In this document: in pieces, positions 11,964 through 20,000 of the stretch | Position numbering within the stretch: the first letter of the stretch is position 1 | How the letters are laid out: every line of letters starts with the position of its first letter | Source of the DNA: Peribolospora baueri | Taxonomy: Eukaryota | Length of the DNA: 20,000 nucleotides | Direction of reading: 5' to 3' | Assembly (NCBI GenBank): GCA_029717555.1 | Contig: JAMDHS010000003.1 | Coordinates: 478,062 to 498,061, forward strand | Position numbers and translations under genes: made by a program | The notes under the pieces: generated by a model | Seen by the model: only the letters and a program-made list of their open reading frames with translations | Databases searched by the model: none | Told to the model about the DNA's origin: nothing

Positions 11964-11975
11964 CATCACGTGATG
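11964..11975. promoter_or_regulatory. Palindromic E-box CATCACGTGATG (Cbf1-type RTCACGTG) upstream of TIM54
   Basis: Perfect 12-bp palindrome about 115 bp upstream of the TIM54 ATG; function inferred. Confidence 0.35.
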
Positions 11976-12476
11976 CGAGAAGCCGGGCGAGGACCCATTC
12001 TCATAACCCTAAAGTACGGTCCGGAGACATTTCTCGGCCTCCGCCGTAAAAGCCCATGGATGACCCGGGCGCGAGTTTGTATGCCCGCACAGTTCCATCG
12101 GCCTCCACGAGGAACGAGACCGGGTGGACTGGCCCGGCCCAGCCTTTTGGACATCGACTCCACGAGTAACCTCCATTTCTTCTCCGTCACCGAGTGGCAG
12201 CGTCGTGATGAGAAGAAGCTGGCCTTCGTCGATGGGGAAAAGTGTGTGTGAAGAGTGCAGGGGCTTGAGCGTGTTGGCAACGCCGAACGAGTGCGACATC
12301 TCGATTAGCGACCGGTGCAAAGCTTCCGTCTCGTGGTAGACGTGGTGTGTCTCCGCAACGTTGGGAATCCCGTTGAACCTTTTGACAGAAAGGAGGAGCG
12401 ATGTCTGTTCCGGCAGGACAGGGACTGGTTTCGAGATCTTAATGAGCCTTCGAGCATATGGGAACGTATAAGATTG

Positions 12477-12517
12477 ACAAAAGCTCATTCAACCCTCGAT
12501 TGAACTGAAAATGAACT
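12477..12517 (+). repeat. Degenerate direct repeat, copy 1 (partner 13220-13260)
   Basis: ACAAAAGCTCATTCAACCCTCGATTGAACTGAAAATGAACT matches copy 2 at 35/41 positions. Confidence 0.85.
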
Positions 12518-12518
12518 A

Positions 12519-13164
12519 CAGTCAAACTTGTCTATAAACATACAAGTTGTACAGCCCGAGGGCTATGCAGTATGTGGGAGGGTGACTATACAGGGCGGGG
12601 TCTATGCAAAGTTGCCGCAGTCGTTGCCACAGTCGACAGCGTCCATCAAGACATGAATTCCAAGCTTTACTATAGAGTATGTACACGTCATAACACAACC
12701 ATGTTTAAGAAGAAGCGTGTGCAGAAAAGAATTGTCGAAGATCGGTTCGTTTACTCGTTGACATGTTCTTTGAAAGAGATGGTGAAACGCGGACAAGCAC
12801 CCACGTGTAGTAACGTTAAAACTGACGGTGGATGGACGAAAGTGGATGTTACTTGTTCGTTATTGTTAAGAGAGCATACAAAGACGAAAGCCGCAGTAAC
12901 ACAGTTGCCTACGTAGTCATGTCCGATTTCAGCCGCGTAACCACGGTGCATATGATCCTCAACCCTAACTATGCATGCCGAGGTGGTAAGGACGGCACCG
13001 GTTTCAGTGCTATGCAATATGCGGGTACGTTTGGTATGCATGTAGACCAGTGTTTTGACTGGGATTAGTCAATTTTTGGCTGGGGACAAGCGGGAAAGGG
13101 AGATCTCTATGCACTATGCGAAGGCATACCTAGGGACCCGTATGCTAACAGAAAAGTTTGACTG
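12519..13164. mobile_element. Non-autonomous Tc1/mariner-superfamily (pogo-like) DNA transposon or MITE, 646 bp
   Basis: Left end CAGTCAAACTTGTCTATAAACATAC (12519-12543) versus reverse complement of the right end CAGTCAAACTTTTCTGTTAGCATAC (13140-13164): 21/25 identical, first 11 perfect. TA flanks both ends (12517-18, 13165-66). The interior is AT-richer than its surroundings and has no transposase-length ORF. Confidence 0.85.
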
Positions 13165-13219
13165 TAGGTCTCATTGAACGTATGAGGTTAACCAAAGGCC
13201 GATGAAGCCTTGTACCTAA

Positions 13220-13260
13220 ACAAAAGCTCATCCAACTCCTGATTGAACTGAAAGCGAACT
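13220..13260 (+). repeat. Degenerate direct repeat, copy 2 (partner 12477-12517)
   Basis: ACAAAAGCTCATCCAACTCCTGATTGAACTGAAAGCGAACT; six mismatches to copy 1, all transitions. Confidence 0.85.
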
Positions 13261-13473
13261 TAAGTTTGGGATGAGGCGTGGAGTGGCTCGAACGAGGACG
13301 GCGTCATGGAGAGGTCGCGCGTAGCGCACCGCCATAGGCCCGACTCTACGGTAAACTAGTCGCACATTCGTCGAGACGGCGAGGCGAGCCACAAGCGTCG
13401 TGCGAAGGCGCCGGACGATCGGTCGGCTGCGTCGACGGATGGAGGAAGTGGGTGAGGCGGTCAGGCGGTGCTG

Positions 13474-13501
13474 CATAGCACTCGTTTCATAGCACTCGTT
13501 T
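13474..13501. repeat. Perfect 14-bp tandem duplication CATAGCACTCGTTT x2
   Basis: Units at 13474-13487 and 13488-13501. Confidence 0.9.
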
Positions 13502-14283
13502 CGTCGATGGCACCGCCTTGCTTGGTCCTCCGACCGCGGTCAGTCCGGTGGACGACCGGCTGGCGACGGCGTGGGCTATGCTATGCTATGCGCGTGATCG
13601 GCTGCGGCGGGCGTCAGGGCAAACGGTGTGGCCGACGCCGTGACGACGGATCGCAACGGCTCGCGACAACGACGCCGTCCGCGTGCGAGTAAGACGGCTG
13701 GCTCGCTGGTCGTCGTCGTCGTGGCTCGGTCGGGGCATGCGCACTAACCTATATCCACCGTCTGTGGGCAACGGATGATGGAGTCACATCCCCCGAGCAC
13801 TCGAGATCGGACCGGACGCCTCCTTTCTTTCACACCGGAGGCCGTCTCTCCCGGCGTGACTACGACGGAGTCACGGTCTGCGACGGATCTCGCATCCTAC
13901 TCACTCTCCCTTTGTTGCCTGCAGTCTTAGTGGCTCTGCAACACACCGCAACACACCGCAAGCAAGCCCGGCCACCGGCGTCGAGCCCGTGGCGAGGCAG
14001 AGTCATGCGCTCAACGACGGACGGACGGATGGATGACTGTGCCTCGCCACCGTGACACGCGGCCGTCTCGCCGTACTTCCGTCACCGTCGATGACATGAC
14101 CGCCGTCGGCCGCCTTCATAATCCGGCGCTCAACACCTCGGCTACGCTCCGCTCGCTCACCCCATCGCACTCTTCCACCTTCTCCCACTCTTCACTTTCC
14201 ATTCACTTACTTTGCTTCCTTCGCTCGTCTTTCGTCTGCGCCGAATAACCTCCCCCTCCTTCTCTCTGAGGCCAGCAGACGGC

Positions 14284-14780
14284 ATGTCGTGCTGCTCAGC
14301 CTTCAACACGCCTTCGTCCCCGTCGACGACGACGATGACGACGACGGCGACGACGCCCGGCATCATCACCTACTCCGGATGTTCCAATCGATCGTGCCCG
14401 TGGTGAGCAAAGCCTTCCTTTCTTTCCCGTCAATCCATACGTTCTCCGACACAAAAGGCCCCGATGTCTCAGCGTGCTGACCTTGCCCTCGCCTCCCCTT
14501 CTCACCTCCCGACAGCTCCGCACTGAAAGGATACTGCCCGTGCACGATCCCATGCAAGTGTCGCAACGCTCCCCCTCCGCCCCGTCGACGTCGAGGCGCT
14601 CGGGATGCGGAGAGAGACGAAGGAGAGGATGATGGGGTGGAAGGGCGGACCTGTTCGCCGGCTCCTTTAGCAGCAGCGGTCGGGGGGCGCCGGTGCTGTG
14701 CTCCTGGTTTCCAGCTCGTCGACGAGCGGCGGGGAGGAGGCGAAGGCGAAGGCGATGATGAGGAGGCGGGGAGGAGGTGA
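14284..14780 (+). CDS. Small Cys-rich putative metal-binding protein, 127 aa; exons 14284-14402, 14516-14780
   Basis: Intron 14403-14515 (GTGAGC...GCTGAC...pyrimidine tract...GACAG, phase 2) yields MSCCSAF...GCSNRSCPCSALKGYCPCTIPCKCRN...RTCSP...RRCCAP...; 12 Cys in total, 7 within 23 residues across the splice junction. Confidence 0.55.
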
Positions 14781-16213
14781 TAATGAGAAGACGCGGAGGC
14801 GATGACGCCGGCCGACGACGACCGTTTTCGTCGTCGCTCCCGCTCGCTTCTTTTTGTTCCCCTCGGACCCATTCGCAAGCTTCTACGCCACACCATCTCA
14901 TCCTCTTTCTGCCCTCCCGACGACGCCATTTTTCATTCGACCGTCGACACGGACGTGCCGCCCGAGATTGTCTCCATTCGGCCACAACCCTAACGTTGTG
15001 GAGGACGAACACAGATCCGGCTTGCTATCGCCCTCCCTCAAGGTCATGCATGCGGCACAGTTAGTGAGGAGAAGAATATGATCGAGGAGACGCATATCGT
15101 ATATGTGAAGGGACACACTGTGCCCTTCCCCCCACCCAGATCGCTCCATCTATCCGAAAAAGTCCGAAATGGTACGTACGTAGCCTCGATGCGCTCTTGC
15201 ATCCGTCCGTGAACGGTAAGGTGAGCGCACGTTGACCCGAGTCACAGCTTTCCTCCCCTGCAGCCCAATTGGTGCGCCGCTCGCTCGCTCAGCCCGCCAA
15301 GGCCAAACGCGGTCGGTGGACTGCCTTGCCTGCACCGCTTCTCAACTCGTCTCGTCTCGTCAATCAACGCCGAGCCCGAGCCATTCCACCGAGGAGGAAC
15401 TTGGACGGCGCCGCTAGCCATGGGCGCGCCCGTCCCTTCTTCTTCTAGCACGGAAGGAAAATGCGTACTCTGCCGGGAAGGCGAGCCTGATGAGCCGTGC
15501 GAGGGATGGAACGTCGCCCGGACACCTCTTTGGCCGACGCACTCCGTGGACGCGACGGAGATATATTCATGTAGAGAGAGAGGGGGAGAGCGGGGGTCCG
15601 AGCGCCATCGATGTATTTTTGTGAGCTGGGCGTGCGGAGGCGAGCAGGAGGAGGAAGAAAGGCAGGAAGGAAGGGAAAAGGGAGGAAGGGGGAGCTAGCT
15701 TGGCTCGGGACCGCGGCGCATCGCCTATCTCCGGGTCATTTTCGTTTCATGTCGACCAGCCTCGATCCGTCTTTCTCTCTCTCGCCCAACCGACCGTGAA
15801 TGTGGAAAAAAGACGGCAATCTTGCTTTTTTTATTATAAGTGCGCGTGTCTAAAGCCGTGTAGCAAGCAGTGACGTGAATAGGAGTCGCTGCGTCTGTCG
15901 TCTTTCTTCCCCTGGGCGCGTGTTGAGAAAAGAAAGCGCCGCCCCGTACCGCGCCGCCGTCGTCGCCCTCATCGAGCGGTCGAAACGTACGAGCACGGAG
16001 GGAAGTACCGGCGAGACCGGAGATTTGCCTCGGGACGCCGTTGTTGCAAGTCCTGGAAGAGTAAGTACATGGTACGGGTCGGCTGATAATGAATTTAGAT
16101 GGAAATTGATATAGATTATTAGACTTTTGTCCTTTATCAAAAAGATAAAATTCATGAGGTGCATAGTATATAGGATGGATCCAAGAACGACCAGACCCTG
16201 ATCCATGGGGGCC

Positions 16214-18632
16214 TTATTCTTGGTTCGACAAGAGCGACAGGAAAGGAAAGGCGAGAGAGACAAGTTTAAAGGGAGGGGCGGGAGACGGGGAGATGAGACG
16301 GGAGAGGAAGTACAATGTGAACAACTGTGTTTTGCTCCTACATTGTGACAAGTACGAACGGCGGCGGGGAGATGAGCAAGGGCCGGCTTTCAATCCAGTG
16401 TCGGGACGGACATAACTCACGGGTCAGGGGACCATATCTTAAGGACTGTCGGAGATGAGGCCGAACGTGCTCCGTCAGACGACGGCGATTCCCCTTCAGC
16501 GAAGTTCCTCAACACACTTACCGTAGTTGCCCACACCAGAGACGTTCTTCGGTCCAGGCTCGGACAGACTGTAAGGCATGTTCTGCAAGATGCGCATCTC
16601 GTCTTCGCGGGTCAGATCCGTGTCGTCATCGTGATTGCCTGCGCGATTTACCAATGCCGTGTGAGTCGGATCAAACCCGCGCGGTCGCAATTACCGCCGC
16701 CCCGCCGTTTCACGCGATTCGCGATTCGCGATCGCTACGTCTGCTGTAGCTCTCACCGAAGATGGCCGCCCACGGCAACTTCCTCTTGATGGCGATTTGT
16801 ATTGTCTTGGCGATGGTGCTCTTCGAGTCCCAGCTGGTCGTCTGACCGTTGATCTGGTCGCCTGTGAACACGAGCAAGTCCGGCTTCTCTTCGTCGAGGA
16901 AGCGCTCGACGAGCGTCATCGTGTCCACATCGGCCGTGCAGGGTTTTTTCTGCGGAGACGAAAAAGACGGTGAGACGGCCTGCCAATGACGCGCGATCCT
17001 CACTGAACTCACGTCGGAGTTGCGACAGACACCGTGGCCCTGAGGAAGGCGGCAAAGACGAGGAAGACTGTCAGGGCCGCCGAACATATGGACTGCAGTA
17101 AAGACTTGAAAGGGCGAACGAGCTCACCGTCGAGAAGTGGATGTCGGCCACTTGCATGATCTTGAACGTGCCATCGTTGTGGAACGTAAGTGGCGGCGCT
17201 TGCGGCACAGCTGAGAAGCGAGAGGGAGCACCAGCGCGAAAGCGAAGAAACGAGCGTGAGCAGAGCCAGAGGGACCTCGTCACATGAACAAGAGTGCCAC
17301 GTCTCACGCTTGATGGTCCTTCGAATGACGATATCGACCCTCTCGACCCCCGTCCCCTTCTCATGTTCCTCAACCGCCTTGCCCATCCTCTCAAAGTTCC
17401 ACATCGGCTCGCCGTCGCCGTACACAAGGTCCAGCTCGGTGATGGCCTTGGGTGCACTCGGGTCAAACGATTCACCCGCCTTCCCGTACACTGTTCCCTC
17501 CCTCGGCTCTTGAACATAATTGCCTCCAATGCCGGCGGTGATCGGAGCAGACTGGGAGCGACCGGGGCGGACGCGATAGTAGATTCGCAAGCCATCAGCT
17601 CCTTTCGACGAGCTCTTGCCGCCGCTCGATAGCCAGCTGCTAAGAGCACTGAACCCATGAGAGGCTCGAATGTCCTCCTCGCAGCGGATCCACTCGTCCT
17701 TTCCGCCCGCCAGCTTGTCCTCCTGTTCCTTGGTTTTCGATTCGTCGATCAAGGCGAGGTCAACGACGTTCGGAACGTCGGAGCGCCGGGATCGGCGGTA
17801 GAAGAGGTAGGGCGCATAGATGGAAAAGGCAGAACCGGCTCGGACGTTGGGTCAGAGAGGACGGCCGACCCTGACCCACTTGCCGAGGAGAAAATCATCA
17901 GCTGGAGTGGACGGGGGCTCGCAGGTGAGAAGAGAGAGCCAGCTGAAGGCGGCGCAAGGACGGACGGTGATCGCCGTAAAGGGCGCCGGATTGGGTAGCA
18001 GAGGAGCGTAGACATCGAGGGGTAGCGATGCTAACGAGAAGGCCACGACGAGAAGAAATCGGGTGAACGCCCGATGAACGGTGCGCGGGCTCTCCTTCTC
18101 CCGCTCTACGAGGTCGCCGATGAGCGCTCACCAGGTCCGTAGGCACCCGCCAACCCTCCGTTGCCGTACACCTCGCCATCTCCACCTTGTCCGTCCGTTC
18201 CACCTCCCCAGAGGTCACCGCCGCCGCCGCCTGGCAGCTTGTCCAAGTCGGTTCCCTTTCCGCCCGATCCCGTACCGGGGCTAGGGCCCACCGCATCGAA
18301 GGCCTGCCATCCGATCTGCGAGATGATCAGCGACGGCGGGGGATCGCGTGAGAGGTGGAATAGCGCTGATGGGACGAGACGAGACGAGACAAGACGAAAC
18401 GAGGGGAATAGGTGGTTTAATCGGTCCCAAGCGAAGCGGAGCGACGGGCGAAGTGATTCGACTCGGTTAGCTTCGGTTCGGTGCGGCGCGGTGCGATTCG
18501 AGCAACGCCCCATCCCGCGGTCATACTCCTCCAAGAAGCGCAAACGCACCGACCGGCTCGCTCACCTGTGAGAAAGAAGAAAAAGCCGATTCCAACGAGC
18601 AAAGAGGCAAAGCCACGGAGACGGACGGCCAT
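16214..18632 (-). pseudogene. DCR2: DCR2-like calcineurin-type metallophosphoesterase, disrupted; exons 18632-18566, 18365-18132, 18030-17308, 17210-17128, 17039-17013, 16949-16757, 16638-16522, 16445-16421, 16337-(16304/16214)
   Basis: N-terminal TM segment and motifs FKIMQVADIHF, PDLLVFTGDQING, PWAAIFGNHD, GVGNY and TLYFL; all eight introns are canonical and phase-compatible. In-frame TGA at 17854-17852. Similarity ends after TLYFL (16304) and I found no downstream FFHIP or GHxH motifs. Family call is confident; pseudogene status is less so. Confidence 0.75.
18373..18403. repeat. Imperfect (GAGAC)n pentanucleotide microsatellite in DCR2-like intron 1
   Basis: GACGAGACGAGACGAGACAAGACGAAACGAG, forming the pyrimidine tract before the acceptor on the - strand. 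Confidence 0.7.
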
Positions 18633-18756
18633 GGCGACGGTCTCTCTCTCCTACCCCTTTCCGTCCATCGATCGAGCGGCGGGAGGCCCGAAGGAAGGAG
18701 AAGGGGGGAACAGTGGTGGGGAAAAAGCAAGCAAAGGTTTTTTGAAAACGAGCGAG

Positions 18757-19938
18757 CTAGCTTGCGGGCTTGACTTGGTCGTCCTGAGCCAGCGCTGCCG
18801 TCGCCGGGGTCGAAGTTGGGGGGTTCGTGGTTCCAAGCGTGCCAACGGTCGCCGCAGCAAGATGTTCACGGATCGTACTTGGTTCTCCCCCGGGCATCGT
18901 TCGCCTTCGCCCACATCGAGGAAGGGCCTCGGTCGACAGTCCAAGTCCAAAGAGAGGGCGATAACATGAGCGTGCCGAACCCTCGTCCAGTCGCATGCGG
19001 AGCGTGAGGACGGCGAGGTCTGCACGAACCCGTCCGATCCACCTCGTCGACAAGTTAATTCTAGCGACAACCGTTATAGATCTACATAATGGAACACGAA
19101 CGATCCCGTTTAAATGGAACGAGTGGATACTGGGGACGAGGATCCTGGGCATGAAAGGGGCTGTGCCGTGTGCCGGCTGGGGCTTGGAGCCGGTGACGGC
19201 CTGGACGGCCTTGTTCGCGTTCTCCTGGATGCTGAGGTCGGTAGGCGGGATGCGACCGCTGCCGATGTCGTGAATCTGGGCGAGTCCCGCGAGGGCCTGC
19301 AGCGCCGCAGGCACCAAGTTGGCCTTGGCGCCCTTGGTCTTGCCCGCCAGGATGTCGCGGCAGAGGTAGGGCTCGGCGCACAACGGACGGGCCATGCCGA
19401 TGATATCGCACGTGCCCTGTTGGACGGCCTGTGCCATCGGCTCGGCGGTGCGGAAGCCGCCGGTGACAGCCAACTTGGCCTTGGAAAGGTACGGGCGAAT
19501 CTGATCGGAAAACTCGACAAAGTAGGCTTCACGTTTTTTGGTCGACTCCTTCTTGTGCTCGAAAGCGCCGCTCTCGTAGGTGCCGCCGGAAAGCTCGATC
19601 AGATCCACGCCGGCCTCCTCGAGTCGACCAGCCATCTCCTTGCTCTCCTCGGAATTGAAGCCGCCTTCGGCAAAGTCGGCCGAGTTGATCTAGACAAGGA
19701 AGAAGAAGGGGGGGGGGGGTGGACCAGCAACCTGGAATCCGCTCGTCGCTCGTGCCCCAGTCCAACTTTTATGAGAGCTCACCTTGATGGCGATGATGAA
19801 CTTGGGGTCGTTGACAGCCTTTTTGATAGCGTCGATAGTCTCAAAGACGATGCGGCTCCGGCCGGCGAGGTCACCACCGTACTCGTCCGTGCGCGTGTTG
19901 ACGCGGGGCGAGAGGAACTGGGAGAGGAGGTAGCCGTG
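18757..19938 (-). CDS. NADH:flavin oxidoreductase / Old Yellow Enzyme family, 5'-partial; visible exons 19938-19783 and 19689-(19168 or 18757)
   Basis: HGYLLSQFLSPRVNTRTDEYGGDLAGRSRIVFE, IAIK/INSADF, GVDLIELSGGTYE, REAYF, VTGGFRT and IGMARPLCAEP are diagnostic OYE-like FMN TIM-barrel motifs. Intron 19782-19690 (GTGAGC...TCTAG). The true stop position is uncertain. Confidence 0.92.
19708..19719. repeat. G12 homopolymer in the oxidoreductase intron
   Basis: Twelve consecutive G on the + strand. Confidence 0.9.
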
Positions 19939-20000
19939 CTGTCGACGGAGACGGAGATGAATAGGAATGAGATGGAGAGTGAGAAGGGAAGCGGTGACAC

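Noticed and set aside
12572..13068. Short ORFs inside the MITE as transposase remnants
   Set aside because: No DDE or HTH motif recognised; KKKRVQKRIVEDRF only loosely resembles a PIP-box-like tail.
16085..16210. AT-rich patch with short stems (ATGAATTT...AAATTCAT; ATGGATC...GATCCAT) considered as a SECIS for the DCR2 TGA or as a snoRNA
   Set aside because: No proper SECIS quartet geometry or clean C/D boxes; selenocysteine use is not known in Dikarya and the TGA is at a non-catalytic site. Better explained as a 3' UTR/poly(A) region.
17839..17875. A 37-nt intron that would remove the DCR2 TGA
   Set aside because: Very short, weak GAG acceptor, not a multiple of 3, and it would delete part of the KWVRV motif.
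1..20000. tRNA, rRNA, CRISPR arrays, LTR/LINE coding domains
   Set aside because: No matching motifs or regularly spaced repeats seen by eye; a covariance-model scan was not possible.

Overview
GC-rich, intron-rich fungal genomic DNA, most likely basidiomycete (GT-AG introns of about 60-230 nt, CTRAC branch sites); I see no prokaryotic features. Left to right: (1) a tentative spliced hypothetical gene; (2) a large Ser-rich disordered protein with one coiled-coil motif (DUF4048-like); (3) a head-to-head pair of Got1/Sft2-family genes, a canonical SFT2 on + and a strongly diverged paralog on - that shares its exon sizes and phases but is not visible as an ORF; (4) TIM54; (5) a 646-bp non-autonomous Tc1/mariner-type element (TA target duplication, 25-bp TIRs) inside an older degenerate direct repeat; (6) a small two-exon Cys-rich, putatively metal-binding gene; (7) a DCR2-like metallophosphoesterase with an in-frame TGA that stops abruptly mid-catalytic-domain (probable pseudogene); (8) the 3' part of an Old Yellow Enzyme-type NADH:flavin oxidoreductase whose frame runs unusually far past the expected end. 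All gene models were spliced by hand and family calls come from remembered motifs, not database searches.
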